Origin: Patescibacteria group bacterium
Lineage (GTDB): Bacteria > Patescibacteriota > Minisyncoccia > Minisyncoccales > UBA5738
DNA: 64,000 bases
Direction: 5' to 3'
Assembly (NCBI GenBank): GCA_034678605.1
Contig: JAXDBQ010000039.1
Span: 65,172 to 129,171, forward strand
The translations under genes were made by a program, and so were the position numbers. The notes beneath the pieces are model-generated. The model did not search any database. It worked only from the letters and a program-made list of their open reading frames with translations, and had not been told where the DNA came from. The first letter of the stretch is position 1; every line of letters starts with the position of its first letter. Below, in pieces: positions 43,817-53,619 of the stretch.

Positions 43817-43846
43817 GCGCCGGAGGCGCATCCGCCCTTTGGCGGA
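43817..43846 (+). promoter_or_regulatory. two-hairpin module in cassette B leader
   Basis: The sequence is GCGCC-gga-GGCGC-a-TCCGCC-cttt-GGCGGA followed by aaaaa. Confidence 0.6.
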
Positions 43847-43892
43847 AAAAGGCAAAAGGCAAAAGTGAAAGTCAAAATTAAAAAGTAAAAAT

Positions 43893-44801
43893 ATGTCATT
43901 TGAAAATCTAGATAAAACAGAATCTTTATCAGAAAGATTTCAAGGAGTTGTGGATAATTTGGGTGGTTTGTTGAAAGCGCAAGAGGATAAGTTGCGTCAA
44001 GCGATTGGCGATTTGTCTTGCGACAGAAGAACTTGTTGCGTGGCGCTGACAGCATTAATGTTGGCAAAAACCGCGTTTACCCCGGATTTGCTGGAAGCGG
44101 GGATAACGGCGGGTGATTTGATCGGATCGCTGGGTTTTGGCGGCGTGGATTTGAATGCTGGCCTTGACAATTTCGATGTTGATGGCGTTTTGGCGCAAGC
44201 GGAAGTCGTTGAAAATCCGATCGCGAGTAAAAACAATATGTCCGGCTATCATTCAATGAAAGTTGCCGCGGAAGCTCCGTTGCCGCCGCATCCCGCCGAT
44301 CAAAAGGGAATACCGATTGCCAATCTTGCCGAACAAGGGGCGAATCCACATCCTGCGCAAGCGGACGCGGAAAAGATTTTTGGCGGCAGTGGTAGCGGGG
44401 ATAACGGTCATGGCCGGATAAATGAAACTTTGGATGTGAAAAATACGCTTCCGGTCGCGGAAAAACTTCCTTCAATAGATGATTCGGGGTCGGAAACGAT
44501 TATTCCGGCAAGCGCGGACCAGTTGGATCGCGATGTGCAAAATCCCGACGGATCGAATGACGGTGGAGATTCTAAAAATATTGATGGCGATCTCGGTAGT
44601 CGCGAGAACATTGGCACTCATCATATCGAAAGCGGTCATGACAAAACCAGAGTTGATTTGAGCGGGGCGCATGAAGGCGGGCAAGAAGCGGTTGAACTTG
44701 GTTCTCGCACGGGCGCGGATAGCGTTGGCGGGAAAATACAAGATACCAGCGGAAAAGCCGGCAGGGATCTTGCCAAAAATATATTTAATAAGAAATCTTG
44801 A
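43893..44801 (+). CDS. cassette B variable protein (long D/G/S-rich, low-complexity)
   Basis: 302 aa with weakly hydrophobic segments near residues 45-95, then an acidic tail that looks disordered. No known motif was seen. Confidence 0.55.
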   Translation: MSFENLDKTESLSERFQGVVDNLGGLLKAQEDKLRQAIGDLSCDRRTCCVALTALMLAKTAFTPDLLEAGITAGDLIGSLGFGGVDLNAGLDNFDVDGVLAQAEVVENPIASKNNMSGYHSMKVAAEAPLPPHPADQKGIPIANLAEQGANPHPAQADAEKIFGGSGSGDNGHGRINETLDVKNTLPVAEKLPSIDDSGSETIIPASADQLDRDVQNPDGSNDGGDSKNIDGDLGSRENIGTHHIESGHDKTRVDLSGAHEGGQEAVELGSRTGADSVGGKIQDTSGKAGRDLAKNIFNKKS

Positions 44802-44824
44802 TTTATTAATCGATATTAAAAAAT

Positions 44825-45196
44825 ATGATCCAAGATATTCAAAAAATTAATGATTGCGTGGCCAGGATTTATGAAATCCTTGAGTTTGCGCCGGAACAAA
44901 TCGAGGAGTTAAAGGGTGATTTGGCCAAGGCGCAACAAGCGGCCGCGGCCGCGGAAATGTTGAAAAATCTAACTCAAGATGAACTAAAATCGATCGATGA
45001 GGCGGCGCAAAAATCCGATGGAGAGAAAAAAGCCGCGATAGAGCAGATTGTTAAGTCGCGTGCGGCCGATAAAAATTTAAAACAAGCCGCGGCGATAGCG
45101 GCCAAGAAGGTTTTGGATGAACATATTGATTATTTGAAAACCCAAGGTGATGAGGCGCAAAAAGCCGAGATTGCCAAGATTTTGGCCGAGATGTAG
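44825..45196 (+). CDS. cassette B conserved ~123-aa helical protein
   Basis: It is homologous to 41933-42304 and 55374-55742, with the same invariant C-terminal block. Confidence 0.75.
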   Translation: MIQDIQKINDCVARIYEILEFAPEQIEELKGDLAKAQQAAAAAEMLKNLTQDELKSIDEAAQKSDGEKKAAIEQIVKSRAADKNLKQAAAIAAKKVLDEHIDYLKTQGDEAQKAEIAKILAEM

Positions 45197-45200
45197 AATT

Positions 45201-45350
45201 TGTGTTTTGTATTCCGTAGGGGCGAAACTATGTTTTCGCCCTTTTGCGTTAAATACGGGCAAATGATTATTTGCCCCTACGATGCGAATGCGGATAAATC
45301 GGGCGATTACATAGAATCGCCCCTACAAATACAAATACAAATGCAAATGC
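45201..45350. repeat. GC-rich GTAG REP composite (3 hairpins), copy of 7588-7708
   Basis: The order cGTAGGGGCGAAActatgTTTTCGCCC, GGGCAAATgatTATTTGCCCCTAC, GGGCGATTacataGAATCGCCCCTACaaatacaaatacaaatgc matches the earlier copy. Confidence 0.9.
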
Positions 45351-45356
45351 GAGATT

Positions 45357-45401
45357 ATGGGGGTTCAACCTTTGTAAATTTGACAGGGGTTAAACCCCTG
45401 T
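45357..45401. repeat. intergenic copy of the tsaD double-hairpin element (first hairpin degenerate)
   Basis: The sequence is atGGGGGTTcAACCtttGT-aaatttg-ACAGGGGTTaAACCCCTGT. Confidence 0.8.
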
Positions 45402-45439
45402 TTTTTGGTGGAAAATTATTTTTTTGGTATGATGGACAA

Positions 45440-46834
45440 ATGGAGGAAAAAAATAAAAAAATAAAAAAAGTCGCCAAGGCGAAGGGCAAAATAAAAAAAA
45501 TGGCGAAGGGCGATAGATCGGAAAGAAAAATTTCGCAAAAAGCGTGGGTGGCGGCGGTGAATATGGGCTACGGCCATCAGCGCACGGCGCATCCGTTGCG
45601 CGGTTTGGCGTATAAGGGGCGGGTAATCAACGCCAATGATTATCCGGGTATTCCCAAAAAAGACAAAGATATTTGGGAGAACAGCCGCAAGTTCTACGAA
45701 GCGATTTCCAAATTCAAGCGCGTTCCGTTGGTGGGCGGCGCGGCGTTTTCGCTTTATGACAACTTGTTCCAAAAGATCATTGAATTTTATCCGCGCCAGG
45801 ATTTGTCGCGGGCGCCGTTTTTGACCAACAACACTTATAAATTGATCAAAAAGGGATGGGGCCGGGATTTCGTGGAAAAATTAAAAACCAAAAATTTGCC
45901 GCTGGTGGCCACATTTTTCATTCCGGCGTTCATGGCCGAGGAATTCGATTATCCGGGCGAAATCTATTTGGTGGTGTGCGATGCCGATATCAGCCGGCAA
46001 TGGGCGCCGTTGAATCCGTTGGCGACGCGCATCAAATATTGCGCGCCCACCAAAAGAGCGGCCGAGCGGTTAAAGCTTTACGGCATTCCCAAAAAACAGA
46101 TTTTTTTGACCGGTTTCCCTTTGCCGGAAAGCAATATTTTTTCCAAAAAAGACGCGGGCGATGATTTTGAAATTGCCAAATTTGATTTGGGCCGGCGTTT
46201 GGCCAATCTTGATCCGGCGGGCGCTTACACGGAAAAATATTGCGGCTTGGTGAAAGAACAGTTGTGCCGTTTGCCCCAAAAAACCAAGCGGCCGCTCACA
46301 ATTATGTTTTCCGCCGGCGGCGCGGGCGCGCAAGGCGAGATCGGCGCGGCCATCGCCCGGCAATTGAAAGACAGAATTTTTGCCGGCCGCTTGAAATTGG
46401 TTCTTTCGGCGGGGACCAATGCCAAAGTGCGAAGTTTTTATCAAAAAATCGGCCGGGAATTGAATTTGGCCGAAGCGCCGGGATTTGAAATTTTATTTGA
46501 AAAAGATATTAAAAGTTATTTTGACCGGTTCAATAAAACTTTGCGGCAAACCGATATTTTGTGGACCAAACCCAGTGAGTTGTCGTTTTACGCGGCGCTG
46601 GGGTTGCCGTTGATCGTGGCGCCGACCATCGGCTCGCAGGAGGATTTTAACAAAAGCTGGCTTTTGAAATCGGGGTTTGGCATTGAGCAGGGATACTTGC
46701 GGTGCATCGGCCAGTGGCTGGATGACCTGCTGGACAACGGCTATTTGGCCGAAGCGGCCATGGAAGGTCTCATTGAGGGCGAAAAAATGGGCGTGGCCAA
46801 CATCAAAAAACTTGTTTTTCGCGCCGGTGTTTAA
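45440..46834 (+). CDS. putative GT28/MGDG-synthase-like glycosyltransferase
   Basis: 464 aa from MEEKNKK. The C-terminal pattern DILWTKPSELSFYAALGLPLIVAPTIGSQEDFN resembles the MurG/UgtP-type GT-B donor site. The assignment is tentative. Confidence 0.5.
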   Translation: MEEKNKKIKKVAKAKGKIKKMAKGDRSERKISQKAWVAAVNMGYGHQRTAHPLRGLAYKGRVINANDYPGIPKKDKDIWENSRKFYEAISKFKRVPLVGGAAFSLYDNLFQKIIEFYPRQDLSRAPFLTNNTYKLIKKGWGRDFVEKLKTKNLPLVATFFIPAFMAEEFDYPGEIYLVVCDADISRQWAPLNPLATRIKYCAPTKRAAERLKLYGIPKKQIFLTGFPLPESNIFSKKDAGDDFEIAKFDLGRRLANLDPAGAYTEKYCGLVKEQLCRLPQKTKRPLTIMFSAGGAGAQGEIGAAIARQLKDRIFAGRLKLVLSAGTNAKVRSFYQKIGRELNLAEAPGFEILFEKDIKSYFDRFNKTLRQTDILWTKPSELSFYAALGLPLIVAPTIGSQEDFNKSWLLKSGFGIEQGYLRCIGQWLDDLLDNGYLAEAAMEGLIEGEKMGVANIKKLVFRAGV

Positions 46835-46860
46835 AATTTAAAAAGTACCTATTTTTTTGA

Positions 46861-46932
46861 TGATTTTGATTTAAGATTTAAGAATTAAGATTTAAGATTT
46901 GAGATTTATCATAAATCATAAATCTTAAATCA
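46861..46932. repeat. AT-rich GATTTA/TAAATC palindrome
   Basis: The arm tgattttgatttaagatttaagaattaagatttaagatttgagattt is paired with atcataaatcataaatcttaaatca. Confidence 0.8.
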
Positions 46933-46951
46933 TTATTCTTGTATTTTGACG

Positions 46952-47860
46952 ATGGTGTGGCTTTTGGTGGCCGTGGCCGGGTATGTGATGCTTGCCGGAG
47001 CGGCCCTGATCGATAAATTTTTACTGGCGGGGAAGCTTGACGATCCCAAATTATACGCGTTCTACATCGGCGCGCTGAGCTCGGCGGCGTTTTTGCTGTT
47101 GCCGTTCGGTTTTTGGAGCTATCCTGCCGCGGGAATTTTTTTGATCGGCATGGCCGCGGGCGCGGCGCAGATCTACGGGTCGTTTTTTTATCTTTCGGCG
47201 CTCAAGCGCTTTGAAGCCGCGCGGGTGGTGCCCATCGTGGGGGGTCTGAATCCGGTTTTCGGATTTTTTTTGACCGCCGCGGTTTCAGGCGGCAGCGCGA
47301 TCTTGGGACAAAAGGAGCTGGCCGGATTTTTTTTGCTGATCGCCGGCGGCTGGCTGATGATGGTGTCGGGATTTTCGTTCAAAGCCAAAGAATGGGGGTT
47401 TGCGATTATTGCCGCGCTTTTTTACGCGCTGTCGGTGGTGCTGGCCAAATTGGTTTATTTGCAGTTGCCGTTTGCCAACGGATTTTTGCTCACCGCTTTT
47501 GGTTCGGCGGCTGCGGCCATGACGTTTTTACTATCGAAGCCGGTGCGGCAAGCGGTTTTTGGCAAAAAGAAGGCGAGCGTCAAAAACCGCCCCAATTTTT
47601 TGTTTTTTTGCGGCCAGGCCATGGGCGGGGCGGCGTTTTTACTGCAAAGCGGCGCGGTTTATCTGGCGCCGCAGGCCAATGTGCCGGCGGTCAACGCCCT
47701 GGCCGGAGTGCAATATGTTTTCATTTTTGCAATTTCTTTGGTTTTGGCGCGGCGTTTCCCCAAGCAGTTTGCGGAAAAGACCACGCCCGCGCAATTCGCG
47801 CAAAAAATCTTTGCCATCATCTTGATCATGATCGGCCTGGCGATATTCGCCCTGAATTAA
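46952..47860 (+). CDS. EamA/DMT-family transporter
   Basis: About 300 aa with 10 hydrophobic helices in two similar halves. Confidence 0.7.
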   Translation: MVWLLVAVAGYVMLAGAALIDKFLLAGKLDDPKLYAFYIGALSSAAFLLLPFGFWSYPAAGIFLIGMAAGAAQIYGSFFYLSALKRFEAARVVPIVGGLNPVFGFFLTAAVSGGSAILGQKELAGFFLLIAGGWLMMVSGFSFKAKEWGFAIIAALFYALSVVLAKLVYLQLPFANGFLLTAFGSAAAAMTFLLSKPVRQAVFGKKKASVKNRPNFLFFCGQAMGGAAFLLQSGAVYLAPQANVPAVNALAGVQYVFIFAISLVLARRFPKQFAEKTTPAQFAQKIFAIILIMIGLAIFALN

Positions 47861-47887
47861 AATTGCATACACCAGGTGTATGCAATT
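47861..47887. terminator. perfect 27-nt palindrome between convergent genes
   Basis: The sequence is AATTGCATACACC-a-GGTGTATGCAATT. Confidence 0.55.
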
Positions 47888-47915
47888 TGAATTAAATAAA
47901 AAAAGAGGCGCGGGA

Positions 47916-48101
47916 TTATTTCCGGCCATTTATTTTTTGATAAAATCTCTCAACGATTATCGTGGCAGCGGTCAAGATCATAAATAAGAAAAGAATTGGA
48001 TTCAGAAATTTGCCATTAAGACCAATATTAGATATATCGTTAAGAGCCGTTATGGATATCAACGCGGCCGTGATAACCGCGAACAGAAAAGATAGTCCCA
48101 T
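47916..48101 (-). CDS. small membrane protein (2 TM)
   Basis: 61-aa hydrophobic ORF convergent with the DMT gene. Confidence 0.3.
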   Translation of the reverse strand: MGLSFLFAVITAALISITALNDISNIGLNGKFLNPILFLFMILTAATIIVERFYQKINGRK

Positions 48102-48200
48102 TAAATAGAGCCTCCATGATCAGATTGGTCTAAAATTTTTGAAATGTCAAATTTTTTGGGGAGGAGAAATTTGGTATAATGAATAAAACACAATAAATTA

Positions 48201-49187
48201 ATGCGAAAGAAAATCGTGATGTTGATGGTAGTAATCTTATTGGCGCTGGCAGTGTGTTTTTTCTATATTTATAAAGCACCAATGGCAAAAAATATCGTTT
48301 GGGGCGCGGCGTTTTCCCAAAAGCACGCGGTTGATATGGGGCTGGATTGGAAAGAAACTTATTCGGCGTTGCTCGACGACTTAAAAGTGAAAAACATTAA
48401 ATTGGCGGCGCATTGGGACATCGTCGAGCCGCGAAACGGAGTTTATGATTTTTTCGATCTTGATTGGCAAATGGATGAGGCGGCCAAGCGAGGCGTCAAA
48501 GTGATGTTGGCCATCGGCATGAAAACGCCGCGCTGGCCCGAATGCCATGTGCCAATTTGGGCCGAGGGTTTGGGCAAAAACCAACAACAGAAAGCGATCG
48601 TGGCTATGCTAAAAGCGGTGGTGGGCCGCTATCAAAACCATCCGGCGCTGGCATCATGGCAAGTGGAAAACGAACCGTTGTTCGCGTTTGGAAATTGCCC
48701 GTGGAAAGATGAAAATTTTTTGAAAAAAGAGGCGGCGTTGACGCGGGCTCTTGACGCGACGCAAAAACCCGTTGTAATATCTGATAGCGGGGAAGGGTCG
48801 TGGTGGTGGCGCGCCGCGGCGATCGGCGATGTCGTGGCGATAACCATGTATCGCCGGGTGTATTTTCGCGAAATCAAAACCTATATTACCTATCCGATCT
48901 CGCCGGCGTTTTACGCGGCTAAAGCCAAGATCGTGGATTTGATTTTTAAAAAGCCGGTGATTTGCGGCGAATTGCAAGCCGAGCCCTGGGCGGCCAATCA
49001 GTTTTATGACGGCGGTAAAAACGACGCCAAAACCATGGATGTTGAGCAATTTCGAGACAACATCGCGTTCGCTAAAAGCACCGGCTTGGACGCATTTTAT
49101 TTGTGGGGCGGCGAATGGTGGTATTGGATGAAACAAAAACACGATCGGCCGGAATTTTGGGAAGAAGCCAAAACCCTCTTCGAATAA
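48201..49187 (+). CDS. membrane-anchored TIM-barrel glycoside hydrolase-like protein (GH5/GH42-like)
   Basis: It has an N-terminal TM segment, then HWDIVEPRNGVYDF..LDWQMDEAAKRGVKVMLAIG and WQVENEP (the acid/base NEP motif). Confidence 0.55.
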   Translation: MRKKIVMLMVVILLALAVCFFYIYKAPMAKNIVWGAAFSQKHAVDMGLDWKETYSALLDDLKVKNIKLAAHWDIVEPRNGVYDFFDLDWQMDEAAKRGVKVMLAIGMKTPRWPECHVPIWAEGLGKNQQQKAIVAMLKAVVGRYQNHPALASWQVENEPLFAFGNCPWKDENFLKKEAALTRALDATQKPVVISDSGEGSWWWRAAAIGDVVAITMYRRVYFREIKTYITYPISPAFYAAKAKIVDLIFKKPVICGELQAEPWAANQFYDGGKNDAKTMDVEQFRDNIAFAKSTGLDAFYLWGGEWWYWMKQKHDRPEFWEEAKTLFE

Positions 49188-49373
49188 AAATCCGAAGCAC
49201 GAAGTACGAAATCCGAAACAAATTCAAATGTTCTCCGCCAAAGGACGGATCCGCCTCCGGCGGAAAATTTAAATTTTCAAAACAAAATTTCGCATTTTAT
49301 TTTGATTGTTTTGAAATTTGAAAATTCGATATTGTTTCGAATTTCGATATTCGATATTCGAATTTGCATATTT

Positions 49374-50666
49374 ATGTATAATCTTAATTTGGGCGAAAAT
49401 AAGTCGAAAGACCAAAAAAATTTGAAAAAAAGCTTGCTTTTTGTTTTGGCGTTGGCGGTGAGTTTTGGGCTGGGGGCGGCATTGTTCAATCAAGATTTTT
49501 TTGCCAAGCAATTTAACGCGGCGCTGGCTCCTAAAACGCCGGCGATTCAAAATGGTGATAACCCCGTCAAAATCGAATATGTGGCGCAAACTTCGCAAGA
49601 GGAGGCCGTGATTAAAGCGGTGAATGATTATTCGCCGGCGGTGGCTTCGATTATTATCACCAAAAATATGCCGGTATACGAACGATATTATTCGACGCCG
49701 TCGGAAATGTTCGATCCGTTTGGTTTTTGGGAAAATTTTCAGGCGCCGCAAGTGCGCCAGCGGGGAACCGAGAAAAAAGAAGTGGGCGCCGGATCGGGAT
49801 TTATCGTGTCCGAAGATGGCATGATGGTCACCAACAAGCATGTGGTGCGCGACGCGAACGCCGAATACACCGTGATCACCGCCGATGGCGAAAAGTATCC
49901 GGCCAAGGTGCTGGCGCTGGATCCGGCGCAGGATTTGGCGGTGGTTAAAATTTCCGGCGGCGAGGAAAAAAAATTTCCATTCGTGAAACTTGGCGATTCG
50001 TCGAATTTACAAATTGGGCAAACCGTGATTGCCATTGGCAACGCGCTGGGAGAGTTTGACAACACGGTGTCGGTGGGAGTGATCTCGGGGTTGAAGCGAT
50101 CGATTACCGCTTCCGGCGGGGGCGCGCGCGAGACCTTGGAAAATTTGATTCAGACCGACGCGGCGATCAACGAGGGGAATTCGGGCGGACCATTATTGAA
50201 TTTGAAGGGCGAAGTTATCGGCGTGAACACCGCCATTGCCAGCGGCGCGCAAAACGTGGGGTTTGTTTTGCCCATCAACGCGGCCAAGCGGGCTTTGGAG
50301 CAAGTTAAAAATTCGGGGAAAATCAGTTATCCCTATTTGGGAATCTATTACACTATTGTTGACGATGACGTTAAAAAAGAAAACGATTTGCCGGTTGGTT
50401 ATGGCGCGTGGATCACGTCGCCGGGAACAAATCAAAATGGCCGGCCGATCGCGCCGGTGATCGCCGGCTCGCCGGCCAAAACCGCGGGATTGAAGGATCA
50501 AGACATCGTTTTGGAAATAAACGGCGAAAAGATCGACATGAAAAACACTTTATCGCAGGCCATTGCCAAATATAATGTGGGCGATAAGATAAAGTTAAAG
50601 GTTTGGCGCGATGGAAAGGAGATCGAGGCGGAAGTTATCCTCGGCGACCGGAGCGAGAGCGAATAA
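49374..50666 (+). CDS. htrA: HtrA/DegP-family serine protease with PDZ domain
   Basis: The catalytic residues are His in VTNKHVV, Asp in DLAVVKI and Ser in GNSGGPLL. The C-terminal PDZ domain includes GSPAKTAGLKDQDIVLEING. Confidence 0.88.
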   Translation: MYNLNLGENKSKDQKNLKKSLLFVLALAVSFGLGAALFNQDFFAKQFNAALAPKTPAIQNGDNPVKIEYVAQTSQEEAVIKAVNDYSPAVASIIITKNMPVYERYYSTPSEMFDPFGFWENFQAPQVRQRGTEKKEVGAGSGFIVSEDGMMVTNKHVVRDANAEYTVITADGEKYPAKVLALDPAQDLAVVKISGGEEKKFPFVKLGDSSNLQIGQTVIAIGNALGEFDNTVSVGVISGLKRSITASGGGARETLENLIQTDAAINEGNSGGPLLNLKGEVIGVNTAIASGAQNVGFVLPINAAKRALEQVKNSGKISYPYLGIYYTIVDDDVKKENDLPVGYGAWITSPGTNQNGRPIAPVIAGSPAKTAGLKDQDIVLEINGEKIDMKNTLSQAIAKYNVGDKIKLKVWRDGKEIEAEVILGDRSESE

Positions 50667-50760
50667 ATACAAATTTAAAGCGCAAAGCGAAAAGCGTAAA
50701 GTAGAACGCGGATTCGAATTTTTACTTTACGTTTTACGTTTTTAGTTTTACGCTTATTTT
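50667..50760. repeat. palindrome built of AAAGCG/CGTAAA words, homologous to 22695-22775
   Basis: The arm aaatttaaagcgcaaagcgaaaagcgtaaagtagaacgcg is paired with tttttactttacgttttacgtttttagttttacgc. Confidence 0.8.
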
Positions 50761-53475
50761 ATGATTAACCCAACTCCCAATTTTACCCACAAGGCTCAGG
50801 AGGCGATCGTTTTCGCCCAGGATTTGGCGCGCGAAAAAGGCCAACAACAGATCGACGCGCTTCATTTGCTGGCGGCGTTGCTGGCGCAGGAAAAAAGCTT
50901 GATTTTAAATTTGCTGGAGCGGATGAGCGTTGATGTCGAAGCGTTGCAACGGGTCGCGTCTTCGTCTTTGGCTAAATTGCCGGTGATTTCGGCGCCGCAG
51001 GCGTTTGGCCAATTTTATTTGACTCAGGATATGGCCAAAGTTTTGGAGCGGGCGCGCGAAGAGGCGTCGAAATTCGGCGATGAGTTTATTTCGGTGGAGC
51101 ATCTTTTTTTGGGACTCTTGGCGGTGCCCACCAAGGCCAAAGAAATTTTAGATCGGGTGGATTTCGTGGGTTCCGAGGGCGGATTTGCCATGCCCGAGCC
51201 CGGGCGGCTGGATTATGAGGCGGTGCTCAAGGAATTGGTGAAAGTCCGCGGCGGCCAGCGCGTTACCGATCCGGAACCGGAATCAAAGTATCAAGTGATC
51301 GAAAAATACACTCGCAATCTCACTTTAATGGCCAAACAGGGAAAACTTGATCCGGTGATCGGCCGCGAAAACGAAATTCGGCGGTTGATGCAAGTGTTGA
51401 GCCGCCGCACCAAAAACAATCCGGTGCTGATCGGCGAAGCGGGCGTGGGCAAAACCGCCATCGTGGAAGGATTGGTCCAGCGGATCGCGTCCGGCAACGC
51501 GCCGGAAAGTTTGCGCGACAAGGAGATTATTTCGCTGGATTTGGGTGCGTTGATCGCGGGAACAAAATATCGCGGCGAGTTTGAAGATCGCATCAAGGCG
51601 CTGTTGCGCGAAGTGGAGCGCGCCGCCGGTCGCTATGTGTTTTTTATCGATGAATTGCACACGCTCGTGGGCGCGGGCGCGGCCGATGGCACGATCGACG
51701 CGTCAAATTTGCTCAAGCCGGCGCTGGCTCGAGGCGAATTAAAGGCCATCGGCGCCACCACTTTGAAAGAATATCAAAAATATATCGAAAAAGATCCGGC
51801 GTTGGAGCGGCGTTTTCAGCCGGTTTTCGTGGCCGAACCGTCGGTGGAAGACGCCAAATTGATCTTGTTGGGCCTGAAAGAAAAATACGAACTGCATCAT
51901 GGGGTAAAAATCGATGAAAAGGGTTTGGCCGCGTGCGTGGAATTGGCGTCGCGCTATATTTCGGATCGGTTTTTGCCCGACAAAGCGGTGGATTTAATGG
52001 ACGAAGCGATGAGTTCATTGCGGTTGGACATCGAGTCCGAACCCACCGAAGTGGAAAAATTGCGCAAGGATTTGCAAAAGCTGCGCGTGGAATACGAAGC
52101 CATTAAAAAAGACCGCACTCCGGAAAACTTGCGCCGTTTAAAAGTGATTGATCGCGAATTGGCCGATCTGGAAGAAAGGTCAAACGCCTTGGAGGCGCGT
52201 TGGCAATCGGAAAAAGAAACCATCAATAAGATCAAGGATCTCAAAAAGCAGTTGGAAAATTGCCGGTTTGAAGTTGATCAAGAAGAGGCGCGCGCCAATT
52301 TGCAGCGGGTGGCCGAATTGAAGTACGGCAAGATTCCTCAATTGACCAAAGAGTTGAAAGCCGCGGAAAAAAAATTGGCGCGTTTTCAAAAATCACGGCC
52401 GATCCTTAAGGAAAGGGTGACCGAAGAAGACGTGGCCAAAGTGGTGTCGCGGTGGACCGGCATTCCGGCGACGCGTTTGATTGAGGAAGAGGCGCGCAAA
52501 TTGCAAAATTTGGAAGACATTTTAAAGCGCCGCGTGGTGGGGCAGGAGGCCGCGATCGCGGCCATTTCCAATGCCATCCGCCGCGCCCGCGCCGGCATCG
52601 CCGAAGAGAACCGGCCGCTGGGTTCGTTTATGTTTTTGGGACCCACGGGCGTGGGCAAGACCGAAACCGCCAAGGCCTTGGCCGCGTTTCTTTTCAACGA
52701 CGAGAACGCGCTGGTGCGGTTGGATATGTCCGAGTATATGGAAAAACACACCGTGGCGAGGATATTGGGTTCGCCTCCGGGCTATGTGGGCTACGAAGAA
52801 GGCGGCCAGTTGACCGAAAAGATCCGCCGTCGGCCCTATTCGGTGATATTGCTTGATGAGATCGAAAAAGCGCATCCGGAGGTATTTAATATTTTGTTGC
52901 AAATCTTGGAAGACGGCCGGCTCACCGACGCCAAGGGCCGCGTGGCATCATTTAAAAATTCGATTTTGATCATGACGTCCAATATTGGATCGGATATCAT
53001 CGCCAAGGAAGCGGCGTTGGGATTTTCGGTGCGTTCGGCCGAGGATGCGACCAAGGAGAAGACCCATGACAAAGTGATGGCGGTGTTGAAGGAATCATTT
53101 CGGCCGGAATTTTTGAATCGCGTGGATGAGATCGTGATTTTCAATTATTTGGGTAAAGACGAGATTAAAAAGATCGTGGATTTGGAATTGCAAAAAGTGG
53201 ACAAGCGTTTGCGGGCCAAAAATATCCGCGTCACGGTTTCGGAGGGCGCCAAGGAGTTGCTTTCACAGCGAGGGTTTGACGCGAATTTGGGCGCCCGGCC
53301 GTTGCGGCGGGTGATCCAAAAATTGGTTTTAGACGCCTTGGCGTTAAAAATTGTTTCCGGCCAAGTGATTGAGGGCGACAATGTGCTGGTGGATGTCGAA
53401 AACAACGAAATCACGGTCAAACCGCCGTTAAAAACCGTTAAACCGCGGGCGAAAACCGCGAAAGTGGAAGTTTGA
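50761..53475 (+). CDS. clpB: ATP-dependent chaperone ClpB
   Basis: 904 aa with a Clp_N domain, two Walker A motifs ([16 protein letters not shown]) and a long coiled-coil middle domain between NBD1 and NBD2. Confidence 0.93.
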   Translation: MINPTPNFTHKAQEAIVFAQDLAREKGQQQIDALHLLAALLAQEKSLILNLLERMSVDVEALQRVASSSLAKLPVISAPQAFGQFYLTQDMAKVLERAREEASKFGDEFISVEHLFLGLLAVPTKAKEILDRVDFVGSEGGFAMPEPGRLDYEAVLKELVKVRGGQRVTDPEPESKYQVIEKYTRNLTLMAKQGKLDPVIGRENEIRRLMQVLSRRTKNNPVLIGEAGVGKTAIVEGLVQRIASGNAPESLRDKEIISLDLGALIAGTKYRGEFEDRIKALLREVERAAGRYVFFIDELHTLVGAGAADGTIDASNLLKPALARGELKAIGATTLKEYQKYIEKDPALERRFQPVFVAEPSVEDAKLILLGLKEKYELHHGVKIDEKGLAACVELASRYISDRFLPDKAVDLMDEAMSSLRLDIESEPTEVEKLRKDLQKLRVEYEAIKKDRTPENLRRLKVIDRELADLEERSNALEARWQSEKETINKIKDLKKQLENCRFEVDQEEARANLQRVAELKYGKIPQLTKELKAAEKKLARFQKSRPILKERVTEEDVAKVVSRWTGIPATRLIEEEARKLQNLEDILKRRVVGQEAAIAAISNAIRRARAGIAEENRPLGSFMFLGPTGVGKTETAKALAAFLFNDENALVRLDMSEYMEKHTVARILGSPPGYVGYEEGGQLTEKIRRRPYSVILLDEIEKAHPEVFNILLQILEDGRLTDAKGRVASFKNSILIMTSNIGSDIIAKEAALGFSVRSAEDATKEKTHDKVMAVLKESFRPEFLNRVDEIVIFNYLGKDEIKKIVDLELQKVDKRLRAKNIRVTVSEGAKELLSQRGFDANLGARPLRRVIQKLVLDALALKIVSGQVIEGDNVLVDVENNEITVKPPLKTVKPRAKTAKVEV

Positions 53476-53598
53476 TTGATCGCGAAAATCAGCTCTCGGC
53501 AAGTTTTTTCGCAACGCGCGATTTTGTTGCTACAAAATCGCTCATGCTTGGCCGCCGCGTTCGCAATCATTGCGAAAAAACTTGCCTTCGATTGATTT
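53476..53598. repeat. long imperfect palindrome (clpB downstream spacer)
   Basis: The arm aaaatcagctctcggcaagttttttcgcaa is paired with ttgcgaaaaaacttgccttcgattgatttt, with about 45 nt between them. Confidence 0.75.
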
Positions 53599-53619
53599 TT
53601 GCGAATAAAATTTTTGGTT

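Noticed and set aside
45200-45439. An N-terminal extension of the glycosyltransferase-like ORF back to 45200. The related ORFs 6280-6474, 7388-7711 and 15587-15871 have similar translations (GETMFSP, QMIICPY, RIAPT).
   Set aside because: These peptides are simply translations of the GC-rich REP hairpins, which happen to lack stop codons. The same strings recur wherever the repeat occurs, in non-homologous contexts. The real start is taken at MEEKNKK (45440).
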